This document shows positions 1 through 15,950 of a stretch of 64,000 nucleotides of DNA, piece after piece. Each line of letters opens with the position of its first letter. Positions within the stretch are counted from its first letter, which is position 1. The DNA is from Octopus vulgaris (lineage: Eukaryota). The translations under genes were made by a program, and so were the position numbers. The stretch lies in assembly GCA_951406725.2 (NCBI GenBank), contig OX597816.1, forward strand, positions 91,450,001 to 91,514,000. The letters are read 5' to 3'. The notes below the pieces were generated by a model that was given only the letters and a program-made list of their open reading frames with translations, was not told where the DNA came from and searched no databases.

Positions 1-200
1 TAGTTCTGTTGCTCATCACTCTCTATAGAAATTTATTTATTTATTTATTTATCATCTCTTTTGCGAAGATCATTTTCCTGGGGTGGGGATAAATAGCATT
101 ATATTAGTGATAACTGCTAGATCACACCCTAACCACTACTGAACTGTTATGATTGTTTATACAAATTTGCATCAATTTTGAATCCATGCTCACATATAAA

Positions 201-331
<131 letters not shown>

Positions 332-1303
332 TCACACCCATCTGTACACATACAAACGATAAACAACATTAAGTAGGCTTAGTTAACCAACAATATACAT
401 ACATCAAATCATTTTGTCTCAGTTGGCTCCAAAGAAGCGCCATCATAAGCTGGAATAGAAGACAGAATGCCACGCTATAAACTTGAAGGTAAAACAAAAA
501 AAGAGTTATTTTGTTATTCTTATTTGAATTATTATCAGAAACACAAAGAATATTGGGCAACCTCAACGAAAATAATGATCATTATCTATAATTATCATTT
601 ATAATAACAATTCTGAACACTTTTGTAACAGAATGCCAACAAATTTCGTTTCTTAAATTTCTTCAAATTTTAGTGGTTATCTGATATATTTTCAGTACTG
701 GATTTTTCTTTCTTTCTTGTAGGATATCTCTACCTCTCTCTCTCTCTCTCTCTTTCTGTAAAGTAAATCAGCCATTTAACCGCAGGATATTTGCCAGTAT
801 AGTCGCCACTGTATAAAATATGAAATCATTTTGAATAAAAATTTTTAAAAAAACTGAAATAACATTTACCAGCAAAAAGATAAAATAACAATATAAATTC
901 GTTAAATATTTAGAAATCACAAATGCAATAAATCTCTCTTTAAAAAAAAGAGAGAAAAGCATTAGAAGTTTTCAGAATATTTATTATTGATTAAATTTTC
1001 TCTTAGAATGTGATGCTGTCTGATGCAATTCTTAAACGAGAACAATAGCAAAATTGAAAACAATAAAGTTTGGCTATAGCATATGGGGTAATATTTAAGA
1101 TGTACTCCGTACAATATATTTGTAATAGGGTGTGTGTGTGTGTGTTATATTATATATATCATATAAAAACTAAATCATACCTAAACGTTCAAGAAGCAAA
1201 TACGCACACAAACTTATTTTATCGATATATACACACAGCTCTACAGACACTGACATATAGCACACACACACACACATAGATACATACATTCATTCATATA
1301 TAC

Positions 1304-2640
<1,337 letters not shown>

Positions 2641-2651
2641 TATATATATTC

Positions 2652-2683
<32 letters not shown>

Positions 2684-3882
2684 TCATATATGTATATATA
2701 TATGTATATATATATATTCATATATGTATATATATATGTATATATATATATATTTATATATGTTTATATGTATATATATATATTTATATATGTATATATA
2801 TATATATTTATATATGTATATATTTATATATGTATATGTATATATTTATATATGTATATATATATATTTATATATGTATATATATATATATTTATATATG
2901 TATATATTTATATATGTATATGTATATATTTATATATGTATATATATATATTTATATATGTATATATATATATATATTTATATATGTATATATTTATATA
3001 TGTATATGTATATATTTATATATGTATATGTATATATTTATATATGTATATATATATATATTTATATATGTATATATATATATTTATATATGTATATATA
3101 TATATTTATATATGTATATATTTATATATGTATATATATATATATTTATATATGTATATATATATATATTTATATATGTATATATTTATATATGTATATA
3201 TATATATTTATATATGTATATATTTATATATGTATATATATATATTTATATATGTATATATATATATTTATATATGTATATATATATATTTATATATGTA
3301 TATATATATTTATATATGTATATATATATTTATATATGTATATATATTTATATATGTATATATATTTATATATGTATATATATATTTATATATGTATATA
3401 TATTTATATATGTATATATATTTATATATGTATATATATTTATATATGTATATATATTTATATATGTATATATATTTATATATGTATATATATTTATATA
3501 TGTATATATATATTTATATATGTATATATATATTTATATATGTATATATATATATTTATATATGTATATATATATATTTATATATGTATATATTTATATA
3601 TGTATATATATATATTTATATATGTATATATTTATATATGTATATATTTATATATGTATATATATATATTTATATATGTATATATATATATTTATATATG
3701 TATATATATATATTTATATATGTATATATATATATATTTATATGTGTATATATATATATTTATATATGTATATATATATATTTATATATGTATATATATA
3801 TATTTATATATGTATATATATATATTTATATATGTATATATATATATTTATATATGTATATATATATTTATATATGTATATA

Positions 3883-3953
<71 letters not shown>
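2641..3953. repeat. 1.3-kb higher-order minisatellite derived from (TA)n, unit ~TATATATTTATATATG
   Basis: Regularly alternating TTT and G interruptions every ~14-22 bp, ending in pure (TA)n. Confidence 0.95.
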
Positions 3954-3956
<3 letters not shown>

Positions 3957-5385
3957 GTAAAAGGTTTATGAAGCTGTTACTGTTATGTAAACGCTGATCT
4001 GTACAGCATGCATTTTCTGACGTCATACCCAGAACAAGTCACTGTTATTAATTTCTTTTATGCTCGAGTTATTATTGTATCAATGGTTATTTTTTAATGC
4101 GTTATTTGACTTACGTAAAATAAAGTCAATACCCACAAAGGACACTGCTTCTTAAAACTTTTGACTCATGTGTAACTCATGCATACAGGTCCTTTGCAAA
4201 TATTGATTTTGTTCAGATTCTATATTCGTAGTGGATGGCACTTACGTGGGCATTTATGGTTTCAATAAAACAATATGATTTCAACCAGCAATCAAAAAGG
4301 GAAGTAGATGAGCCAACAACGGACTCTCTGTGTAGTCCGTTGATCAACCCGTTAGAACAGCAGTTAAATTCTTCCTTAAACCGTTGTGCCTCATTAAAAA
4401 GGAACGCATCAGATAATGTAGTCCGAGGGAAGGTTGTTCGTAGCTCACATATCTTTGATCATAAGTGTGCTTCGCCTATGTTTTGATCATGCTTGTGCTT
4501 TATTGAGGCTGACTTTGGGCCAAGATGAAAAAAAAAATACTTGTAATGAGGTATGCCAGAAGTATCAACTGCATTGCCTTTGTAATGACACCCTAATGTC
4601 TTAAAAAATAAAAGAGGAAAATACTTTGTATACTGTAGTCGTAGATGTGTTAGACTGGAAAAAATAGCCTGTCGGAATATATTTGAACTTGAGTCTGCTC
4701 GATCAGGCCTGACCTAAGCCTAACAACAACAACAAAACGCCGGCTTCGTCATTTGCTTTCCAAATTCTATGCACCATAAATTGATTTCTTTTTTATGGTG
4801 CTCAAACATTAAATATGTTTTTATGAGCGATAGGTAGAGTTAAAGATTCGAAGCATTTTTGGCCTATTGGCTTTTTTGACTTTCTTGGCTTTTTGGTTTT
4901 TTAGGCTTACTGCTATTTCTCAAGAGTATTAGTAACAAAGCGGCATAAACCAGCTTCAACGTGGAATTCTAGCCAACATCACAGTATCGGTTTATCAAGA
5001 AGTAATCTATTTTCCATGGGGCCCACATACATAAATATTTACAAATGTAAACGTATTTCTTTTAAGTCACAAAACATATTTAAACAACAAATTATCGCAT
5101 TGTTTCATGAAATCCTAATGCAATCTTAAATAACTTGGGTTGTCTTTTAATAGACGTCAACAATCTTACAAGTGTAAATGAAATACAGAAGTGATACACT
5201 GTGTAATTTTATGATCAAGTCTTGAGAATTACATTCACACTAAGTTTCTTGCGCAATTTCTTTGTCAAGATTGATCGCAAGTGCCTACGCGCAACGCACG
5301 CGCATACAAACGTTGTACGCATATATATGTGTACACACATATAAGCATACATGTGTGTGCGTGTGTGTACATACATACATATGTA

Positions 5386-5429
<44 letters not shown>

Positions 5430-5855
5430 GAAGTATAAGGAAAGGAAAGCTTGTAGATGTTGTAGGTGTATATGAACTTTGATTCATAATCCAGGTTGAT
5501 ACAGAACCTATATACATTCTACAAATTGTTTCAGAGTCTAATTAATTTCAAAGACAAAAACGAAAAAACTCTTCATGAAATAAAAATTAGATTCTCCGTC
5601 AGGAATTACATACTGTTATGAATAATTACGACCAACAAAAATATGCAAAGACCTTTCATAGCCCAGACGGGAACGAACAAATAATAATATAGTTATATAT
5701 ATTCTTTACTTGGACTGTACCGGCAGACTTGGATGTTTGACATCCCTTTGAAGGATTTTGGTCGTCACCTCTTTATATATATATATATATCTTCAGTAAA
5801 TCATAACTCTGAAAGAGAAGCACTTTCTAAGTTATAGAGCAGTATAGTATATAAA

Positions 5856-6148
<293 letters not shown>

Positions 6149-6197
6149 ATCTATTTATCAATCTATGTATATATCTATCTATCTATATATACATATA

Positions 6198-6274
<77 letters not shown>

Positions 6275-6638
6275 GTACAAAGATCGGCCCGGAACATATG
6301 TGCCTAAAAAGTTGAACAACGAAATCGCTTACTCACAAAATACGTAATACGCGAAAACTTCTACCACAACGTTTGTAACATTGTGTTTTTTAAAATGACT
6401 ATTTTAAATAGTTAATACATTCTTTTTAAAAAGTCGTTCTTTAAATATTGTGATTGTATCAAGTATTTTTCGCAAAAACTTATACTCCAGCATTGCCGCA
6501 GTCAAAAGACTGAAACAAGTGAAAGAGTAAAAGAATATTCGTGCAAACATACACACACACACATTTTACATTTTTGTATGTATGTATGTTTGCGTGCATA
6601 TATATATATAGATATATATATATATATATATATATATC

Positions 6639-6745
6639 GAGCGTAGGCTCGAAACGTTAAAGACTTTTTCACTTCCCGAGCGTTATACTAATACATGTTT
6701 GTTGTCTACACCACCTGTCCTCGTCTTTTGTTTTTTTTTGTGAAT

Positions 6746-6748
<3 letters not shown>
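6639..6748 (+). mobile_element. Short Penelope-pLTR-like fragment carrying the 3' half of a minimal hammerhead
   Basis: GAGC-GTAG-GCTC-GAAA-CG-TT-AAAG; the 5' catalytic box is replaced by (TA)n; homologous to 45842-45990 on the minus strand. Confidence 0.55.
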
Positions 6749-6813
<65 letters not shown>

Positions 6814-7163
6814 TTATATGTATTATGTAACATACTTGATACGATGTAAATCATATATATGATATATACTCCCACCCCATTTATATTAATATGAGTTTAA
6901 GAGGGATATATTATCCGGACAGATACCATAGTGGCTCTCAATTATGTTCCCGGTTACGTTAGTATTTAATGTCTATGACTACTAGGAGTTGTCACTCATG
7001 CTGTAAATTCATCCCAGGAATAATTCCGTGTTCGCTTTTCTGAATGGTTATTATTTTCTGGAGTGCATATGAGCAATAACTATAACAATATAGAATATAG
7101 AAACTTGTTGATCCTCAAAATTTATTTTACAATTACATACACCATATTTTTTTATAGTTTCAG

Positions 7164-7320
7164 ATTCAAAACAACCTCCCCTCACCTCTCACTGAACTGT
7201 AACCAACAAACAACTAACTGTATTCAGTTCGCTTCGAGACTAGCTGGACAGACCCTGGACGAAGCTGTACAGAAACTTTTGCCCGATTGCATGTGCAACA
7301 GCCCATACTCTGTACAGTAG
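7164..7320 (+). CDS. Candidate terminal coding exon (FKTTSPHLSLNCNQQTTNCIQFASRLAGQTLDEAVQKLLPDCMCNSPYSVQ*), gene unknown
   Basis: T-rich acceptor (tttttttatagtttcag), higher GC than the flanks, open to TAG at 7320, AATAAA at 7372-7377; upstream exons not found. Confidence 0.4.
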
Positions 7321-7541
7321 AAACACGTGTAGGTAGTAATAACCATAAAAATATGCTGTATAAAATTGTAAAATAAAAGGAAATAGATTTTGAGTATGAA
7401 CAAGTTTCCATATACTATATTGTTAGAATTACTGGTTTTATATATATATATATATAGTTAATCCAAACAAAAAAACACAGCAACGCGAGGACGTGGAACA
7501 ATTAAAGTATTATTTGACGCTCAGGAAAGAAGGGAAGGAGG

Positions 7542-7576
7542 GTTTAACGTTTCGAGCGGAGCTCTTCGTCGGAAAC
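7542..7576 (-). ncRNA. Minimal Type I hammerhead ribozyme variant within a Penelope-like fragment (~7460-7650)
   Basis: Minus strand reads GTTT-CCGACGA-A-GAGC-TCC-GCTC-GAAA-CG-TT-AAAC: 4-bp stem I, 4-bp stem II, palindromic AACGTT stem III; U4 changed to C and a GUU cleavage triplet. Confidence 0.6.
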
Positions 7577-7665
7577 AAGGAGAAGGAAAGATCCCAAGAA
7601 GGGAAGACAGAGGAAAAAAAATATTTTTGCTGGTGGTGCTCAAGAGATCACATGTTGAAAGAGCA

Positions 7666-7737
<72 letters not shown>

Positions 7738-8138
7738 CTCTTCTACTTATTTTAGTCATCTGACTGCGGCCATGCTGGAGCACCAGTAATAAATATATGC
7801 CCAAGCACTCACATCCACACATACACGCATATACAGACACGAGCACACAAACATATATACATAAATTTCACTTTAATTTTTTTTCTTATCTGTATATTTT
7901 CATTACAGTTGGTTCGGAACAACGTCGATTCTTCTGGATATAAATTGTTATCGTTATGCTTAACACCCTTACTTTATATTAAGTGGTCGTGATTTACTTA
8001 GACGTTATCACCAGGTTCTAAAAATGGTATCAGATATATGACTTCTTTGCCACACGATTATTTTGAGATATATTGATAAAATATTCACACAAGCACATAT
8101 ATATGTGTGTATACATATATATACGCATGGCATATATA

Positions 8139-8910
8139 TACGGGGGCTGGACAAAATAATGGAAACACCTTTAAATTTCAAACAAATACTACGGGGTAGG
8201 ACCGCCTTTGGCTGTAATTACAGCTTGAATTCTACAAGGTATGGACTCGTACGAAGTTTGAATTGTTTCCAAAGGAATTGTTGTCCATTCTTCAACTAAA
8301 ACAGTCTCCAGTTCTTATAGTGATGATGGTGGAGGATATCGACTCCTTGTTTTTTTCTAAAATGCACCATAAATGTTCGATAATATTGAGATCTGGGGAT
8401 TGTGGTGGCCAGATAAGATGTTCAACTTCACTAGAATGTTCATGGTGGCATTCAGTAACAACTTTAGCAGTGTGAATTGGTACATTATCTTCCTGAAAGA
8501 TTGCGTTTCCCTCTGGTGAATTTGATCAGATAAAATGCTTAAATAGTCTTGACATTTAATTCTGCCATGAAGGGAAGCCATTGGGCCGGCGTATTTTCAA
8601 GATATAGCCCCCTAGATCATCACAGATCCTCCTCCATGTTTAGCAGTTGGAAAAAGGCAGTCTGGGTCAAATGCTTCTTTTGGCTGTCACCACACGTATA
8701 CTCGGCCGGTGGTCGGAAATAAGTGAAATGTTGACTCGTTCGAGAAAATAACATTCATCCACTGCTCTAGGGACCAATTCTGTAGGTTTTATTCCACTCT
8801 AAACGCTTTGAAACGTTTGTTTTTGAAAGTAGTTCTTTTCTGATTGCAGCCCTCCCGTGAAATCCTGCTTTGTGCAGCTCACGGCAAAGAGTTTTGTGGA
8901 AACTGGGATT
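8139..8910 (-). mobile_element. Degenerate Tc1-family (DD34E) transposon remnant
   Basis: Minus-strand translation gives IFSNESTF, VKHGGGSVMI and WPPQSPDLNIIEHLWCILE, with frameshifts; TIR-like end TACGGGGGCTGGACAAAATAATGGAAACACC after (TA)n. Confidence 0.85.
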
Positions 8911-9065
8911 AAGATAAGTATTCCTCTTTAAAAAATATGGCTAGGCGAGTTGTCTTCTTTCGCTTGATAGCTAGATTTTGAAGTAAAAACTTCCGAAAAT
9001 GTGGACAACTCCCCACTGCTCTATATTTCATAGGGCATGCTCTTCTCATGATTTATGATCTTATA

Positions 9066-9143
<78 letters not shown>

Positions 9144-9199
9144 TTATATACATACAACATATATATGTATATTGTAAGTTCTTTCTTCTTCTTTTTTCT

Positions 9200-9690
9200 C
9201 TCGCTCAATGCACAAACGAGCGGAAAATACACAGAATGGTAAGTTGAACAACATATAGTAAATACACAGAGGAACGGAAAACAGACACAGAAGGTCCTAA
9301 ACTCCTCATCAGCTATCGGCCAGAGGACGGAAGGCAATTTCGTGCCTTTAACGATAATATTGGTTCCCTTCTGGTGGCAACCAACCGCCAAGAAATGGGA
9401 CAGAAACATAACAGAAAGCGAGCAAACGATAAATGGATAAACAAGTAATACAGAAGTGAACAAACTATAATAAATAAGTGTAATTCAAGACGAGACCGTT
9501 AGTGGACGGACGAGGGACAAACACAAATAGACAAACAGAATATAGCCTTAGAGCTAGATGAAGACAAAGTATGGGTAACGCTAAGAGGAAAATCCTAAAT
9601 GATTGGAAACAGAAGGGCAACAGACAGAGAAACAGGTTGAAGTGGAGAGTAGAGAAATTACAACCGATTGCTTCAAGGGCCGGCGTGAAA
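9200..9690 (-). mobile_element. Uncharacterised repeat homologous to the foldback at 9901-10275
   Basis: 9208-9357 matches the reverse complement of the foldback core and arm (GGCACGAAATTGC, CTGATGAGGA, GGACCTTCTG, TTCAACTT). Confidence 0.5.
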
Positions 9691-9900
9691 AAAGAAAGAG
9701 AAAGAGAGAAAGATAAAAGGATGACCAAGGGTCACGTATTAGTAGTAGGAAGGAGAAAAGTATTAGCAGGAGGAGAGGGAAGACGAGAAAGAGAGTGAGA
9801 GAGGTAAGAGAGAAGGGAGAGAAAGAAGAGACAGAGCGAGAGAAAAAAGAAGAAGAAAGGATAGAAACAGAAGTGGCACGGACGTATGGACAACTTACTG

Positions 9901-10275
9901 TAAATAAAACCTAGTGTGCGATACCTTCCATTAATTAATAAGTTTTTTTATTAAAAAAAACGTATATTAAGTGCACAAATGAACGGAAAACAGACACAGA
10001 ATATCAAGTTGAAAAACACTAAATGCACAGACGAACGGGAAACAGACGCAGAAGGTCTCCAACTATCGTTAAAGGCACGAAATTGCATTTGAACCTTTGG
10101 CTGATAACTGATGAGGAACTGGGGACCTTCTGCACCTGTTTTCCGTATGTCTGATCATTTACTATAAGTTTTTCAACTTGTCATTCTGTGTCTTTTTACC
10201 GTTCGATTGTGCAGTTACTATACGTTTTTTTAACTTATTAATTAACGAAATGCATCGCACCCTTGGTTTTATTTA
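9901..10275. repeat. ~375-bp foldback with ~160-bp imperfect arms and a ~60-bp core
   Basis: TAAATAAAAC..GTGCGAT..TTAATTAATAAGTT..CAAGTTGAAAAAC..GCAGAAGGTCTCC is mirrored by GGGGACCTTCTGC..GTTTTTCAACTTG..AACTTATTAATTAA..ATCGCAC..GTTTTATTTA. Confidence 0.85.
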
Positions 10276-10637
10276 GAGGAAGTAATATTGATTGAAATAT
10301 GTTTACAATTATATCAAACGTAAAACTGTGTTAAACTAGAATTAACTAGTGATACACGAAGCACTGTTGATTGAAATATTAATTCGACGGCGTCATTCAG
10401 TGGTGTGCTTTCATACTTATTATCTATGAGGATAGCTTTTCTTCCGTTATGATTTCTGCAGTGAAGATCTTTCTATTCTGGGTGCAAGCTTATGTGTTAA
10501 ATAAAATTGTATCCACACGCGAGCGCGCGCACGCACACACATACACACAAACACATGCGCGCACGCACACACATACACACAAACACATGCGCGCACACAC
10601 ACACACATATACACATGTATCTATCTATCTATCTATC

Positions 10638-10684
<47 letters not shown>

Positions 10685-10704
10685 GTGTATGTATGTGCAT
10701 GCGT

Positions 10705-10907
10705 GTATCTTTGCGTTTGAGCTTGTCTCCTACCAGCGCTTGACAACCGCTATTAGTTCGTTTACGTCCAAGTAACATAGCGGTTCGAAAAGTACTAGGT
10801 TTTAAAAAAATACTGGAGTCGATCTTTTCGACTAAATCTTTCAAGGCGATGCCCCACCATGGCTGCAGTCCAATGACTGAAAAGAGTAAAAGAATAAAAG
10901 AATAAGA
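10705..10907 (+). mobile_element. SINE family B, 3' half
   Basis: Matches the 3' half of the full copy at 43945-44371, including the GACTGAAA..GTAAAAGA tail. Confidence 0.8.
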
Positions 10908-10926
10908 ACAACCATATATATATGTA

Positions 10927-10986
<60 letters not shown>

Positions 10987-11024
10987 CATATACACACATA
11001 TATATATATATGTATATACATATA

Positions 11025-12439
11025 CTTTGATACTTTGATAGGTTTCGGCCATTATTGGCCCAGGCCATGTCTAACTTAATAGCACCACCTGGTGAAGTCT
11101 TTCAAGTCAGAATTTGGGCACTATGGCCCACTCAAGTAGAGAGTTATTGTTTACAGAGACATATCCGGGTGTAGGGGGTTTATCCGGGATTTCTTGAAGG
11201 AATCTGTCCAAAGACTTCTTGAACCCTATAGGGTCAGTTTCTGTTTTAATGTGTTTTGGTGTAATGTTAAAGAGAGCGGGGCCAATTGAGGTGAAATAAT
11301 TGTGCCGTATTGTTGTTATGAGATGAGAGTGCGATTTTTGTTTTGGGCGGATGGCACGGGGCCCAAGCCTTGGATGTACCTTAAAGGTGATGCCAACATC
11401 ATTTGGGCAATGCTGATGGAATATTTTCCACATCATGCAGATGATGTAGCGCTCACGACGACGTTGGAGAGAATAAAGTTTTAGCTTTTCTAGTCGACCC
11501 CAATAGTCGAGGCCTGTCATGCCATCTATCTTTTTTGTGATTGCCCTTTGAGGTGCTTCAACTTTTATGATACCTTGTATTGTGTGGGGAGACCACAGTG
11601 GACAACAGTATTCAAGGTGGGGTCGGGCAAAAGTAGAGAAGAGAAGGATAATGGTGTGGATATCTCTCGACTGGAAAGTTCTGAGAATCCAGGAACACAT
11701 TCTGCGGGCCATGTCAACTTTGGTGTTTATATGAGTGGCCCAGCTTATGTTGTTGTCCACAATTACTCCCAAGTCTCTGATGTTGTTGGACGCCGCGAGA
11801 GTTTCACCTGAAGGAAGGGAGTATGGGAGTTTCAGGGCATCCTCTTTTCCAAAGTGGATTAGCTCAAATTTATCCTCGTTCAGCAGCATATTGTTTTTTT
11901 CTGCCCATTGGATAACAGCCAGTAGATCTGACTGAAGGCATGTCCGGTCACTCGCCTCATTTATGACCTTCTGTAGCTTGGAGTCATCTGCAAAGATTTT
12001 TATGTTGCTGTGCTTGATGATGTCATTAATGTCATTAATGTAAATGATGAAAAGAAGTGGGCCCAGCACAGTGCCTTGCGGAACGCCACTACTGACTTTG
12101 GCTGGGCTTGATTTTACCCCTTCAACTACAACATGTTGAGATCTGTCTGTCAGGAAACACTTGATCCATTTCAGTAACTTTCCAGAGACACCAATGTTGG
12201 ATAGTTTTTTCAATAGGATCTTGTGATCGACCCTGTCGAAGGCCTTACTGAAATCAAGGTAGATGACATCGGTGTTGGAGCCCTCTCCCAAAGCTCTCAA
12301 AATGTCCTCAAAGTGATGCAGGAGCTGCGTTAGGCAGTCCCTTCCATTACGGAACCCATGTTGGTTGGAGATCAGCCGTCTGTTGCTTTCCAGAAATTGG
12401 GTTATTCGAGATCTCACCACCCTCTCAAATACCTTGATG

Positions 12440-12441
<2 letters not shown>
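11025..12441 (-). mobile_element. 5'-truncated CR1/L2-group LINE, copy 2, with RT domain and (TATCAAAG)2 tail
   Basis: Uninterrupted frame 11107-12441 with RT motifs QHGFR, YLDFSKAFDRV, SGVPQGTVLGPLLF and FADD; about 5 substitutions versus copy 1 over ~890 bp; (TA)n-type flanks. Confidence 0.95.
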
Positions 12442-12474
<33 letters not shown>

Positions 12475-12550
12475 AACTCATACATACATACATACATATA
12501 TGTATATATATATATACACATACATACATACATACATATATATATACATG

Positions 12551-12584
<34 letters not shown>

Positions 12585-12592
12585 TGTGTATA

Positions 12593-12636
<44 letters not shown>

Positions 12637-12809
12637 TATACACATACATATATATACACATACATATATATACACATACATATACATATATATATATATA
12701 CATATATATACACATACATATATATACACATACATATATATACACATACATATATATACACATACATACATATATATATATATATACATATATATACATA
12801 CATATATAT

Positions 12810-12883
<74 letters not shown>

Positions 12884-13442
12884 AGAGAGAGTCTTTCTAC
12901 GACTGTTTGTAGGTGTTACACGTTATTGCTATTTAGTGACTTGATCTGAGATCGTATGCTGAAGTACATCGAGATATCGAGATATCATGATGACCGTTTA
13001 AAAACACATATGCTGTCGGTGTATGACCGAATAGTGAAAACGTTTGCAACTTAACCACAGAGTTTCACTTTTGATCCTACAACATGGAACCATGGGCAAA
13101 TGTTATCTTCTACAACTTCGGGTTGACACACACCTCATGAGTGAAAATTGGGTGGATGGAATCCGTATAAAAGCTCATGGAGTGGACTTACCTGTAATTC
13201 AAAGCGTACATACTGTGTCACTCAGATTCTGCTTGACAATTAACTTAGGGGTACACGTATCTGTAGAATGTTCGTTCAGAAGGTAGTTCAGCTAATCAAA
13301 CAAACGAATACTCATCGTCAAACAATGGAAATTCATCACCATCATAGTCATTCCAGTATGAAACTCTTATATATATATGCGATGTGTGTATGTGCTTAGG
13401 TCGTAATACAGGTCGATTGATGACGTTTCAAAATTTAAACTA

Positions 13443-13506
<64 letters not shown>

Positions 13507-13507
13507 A

Positions 13508-13900
13508 GGCGGCGAGCTGGCAGAAACGTTAGCACGCCAGGGCGAAATGCTTAGCGGTATTTCGTCTGTCGCTACGTTCTGAGTTCAAATTCCGCCGAGG
13601 TCGACTTTGCCTTTCATCCTTTCGGGGTCGATTAAATAAGTACCAGTTACGCACTGGGGTCGATATAATCGAGTTAATCCGTTCGTCTGTCCTTGTTTGT
13701 CCTCTCCGTGTTTAGCACTTTGTGGGTAGTAAAGAAATAGGTATTTCGCCCGTCGCTACGTTCTAAGATCAAATTCCGCCGAGGTCGACTTTCATCCTTT
13801 CGGAGTCGGTAAATTAAGTACCAGTTGAGTACTGGAGTCGATGTAATCAGCTATCCCCCTCCCCCAAATTTCAGGCCTCACGCCTATAGTAAAAAGGATT
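13508..13900 (+). mobile_element. SINE family A full copy plus tandem partial copy
   Basis: GGCGGCGAGCTGGCAGAA head, GAGTTCAAATTCC B-box, GCCTTTCATCCTTTCGGGGTCGA..AAGTACCAG core; body repeated from 13741; preceded by (CAT)n. Confidence 0.9.
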
Positions 13901-14304
13901 ATTTATCTCTTAACTCTTTTTGTATTTGTCTTGAATATATCTATTAAAAAAAAATGATTCTTAATAAACGTCATTTATAGACTTGAGTCGGGAAAAAGAC
14001 ATTTGGATTCGATGAATACAATATTTGATAACTCTCCGAAAAAGTAAGATTTACGTTATCTATTATAGCTTGATAGACTGAGTCATTTCATAGTTTAGTA
14101 TCTTAAACTGTGTCGGTAGTGCATAGCAAACTACTGACCGTTCGTTTGACAACCAGTAAACCAACGTCGTTTCCCTTACATTGGATTAATTTTTTATTTA
14201 AAGATGAGAAATTTACGGTATGATACGTATTTATTTTAGTTTCTCGCTGGCAGCAGTTTTCAGTTAAATCTAAATATGATATCATAAACAAGATAGTATG
14301 GTAT

Positions 14305-14495
14305 CAAATCTGGCATATGGTCAACAATTTTTAGGGACGTAGGGGTTAGTTAATTACATTGACTCCATTACTTAACTGGTTCTCCGAAAGGATGAAAGCA
14401 AAGGTTGACCTTGGCGGGATTTGAGATTAGATGAGAGTAATGTTGCCATGCATTTAGTCTGACGATCTTAACTATTCTATGAGCTCACTGCCTTC
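14305..14495 (-). mobile_element. SINE family A, degenerate
   Basis: CCGAAAGGATGAAAGCAAAGGTTGACC core in reverse orientation. Confidence 0.65.
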
Positions 14496-15913
14496 ACAAA
14501 CAAGATAATATAAAAGTAACATTAAAAGATCGTTAGCATCTTATGACGAGAACTGCATGGTGTTCGGTGGGCGAGTTTATTTAGTCATTTTACAGAATCT
14601 ACATAATGTAGAGAAATTTATGTTTCGATGATTGTTGGAGTTTGGCATTGTGAAAATGAAATAAATAAATATGTGTACAACTTACAAACATGTGGATTAG
14701 TTTACCGAGGGACTCAACTTATTTTGTTGTTGCTTAGCTCTGATTGGGTAGCCTTATCACGAAGGGTAGTCCAACCGAAGCTATCCCATCTTTTTGATTA
14801 TTTAGGACTACATCAGCTCATTAAAAACAGGTAAGGACTGTAGCCTTACCTTTTTTAATGAGTTGAGCTAAGTAGACTCCTTCATATTCATGTAAGAGGA
14901 TTCCATCAAATAATAGATCACTTTATTTATTTCTACTCTCGAATAAATGCAGTATAGTACAAAACTAAGGACCGTGTAGGAACTCGTAACTCTTTAGGTG
15001 TTATACTCCCACGTTATCCACTTGGTCATTGGTATACTGTACGACATAGTTGATATCAGTAGCATACCTAATAAGGGAGAAAGGGGAACGACCTCTCCCC
15101 ACGAGTACATTTTTCAAAATTGGCACCTTTTCAACATTTTTTCAACTCTAGTTTTATTCCTTTTGTTAATTGCATGGTTTTGGAATAACTTACCGAAATC
15201 ATAATTTTATTTGACTAACCTCCTGTATTTAAAATAATTAATTAGCACACGTTTTAAGATTTATGAGCTTACTGAAAAACTTATTAGTGTGTTTTAATTT
15301 AAAATACATAATAACAATTATGTACTTTATTAAATGACTCTATCTTCCTCGAGTTTCGATTTTAAACACACAATTAAAATGCATAATCAATGAGTTAAAA
15401 ATTGCTTTGTGTATGTCACAGCGCCTTTTTTTATGTGCTCGCTCCACGAAACTTTAAAATCTGGTTACGTTACTAGTTGATATAAGGGATTATCAGATAT
15501 AAGGACTATCAAATATACAGTTATCAGATATAAAAAGGTTTCGCGTTTTGGTCAATCTTTATCATAAGTGAAAATTGTACCACAAACAGCTGAAAAACGT
15601 CGTCTTTTTACAAGTCAGAAGAAAAGGGCAATGACTAATACTTTTAAAGGGCCTTTCAGATGGCTAAGGTGATTCGGTTAATGTTTGCCTTAAATGTCTA
15701 TCTGTCGATGCTTCTGGAGGAAGTTTTGTAACAGAAGACGTTCCAGAGGGATGCAGCTCAGTGGAGGAGAGGTAGAAGTATCCAATAAACTTGCGCATAG
15801 GTGGTACAGAATTTGCTTGTTCAGGAGACCAGAAGCCGTTTTTGTAATGTTGAGACAAATTTGGGATATGTTGGTGAATAAATGGTTGCCAAAAAGTGAG
15901 ATGATATTTTGAT

Positions 15914-15950
<37 letters not shown>

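Noticed and set aside
10061-10125. Type II hammerhead or HDV-like ribozyme in the foldback core
   Set aside because: CUGAUGA and GAAA are present, but stems II/III and the NUH site cannot be paired, and HDV P3/L3 and P2 do not fit. Kept only as an unclassified motif.
15664-15912. Overlapping short ORFs in a GC-richer patch
   Set aside because: No recognisable motif or splice signals; possibly an old transposon relic but unsupported.
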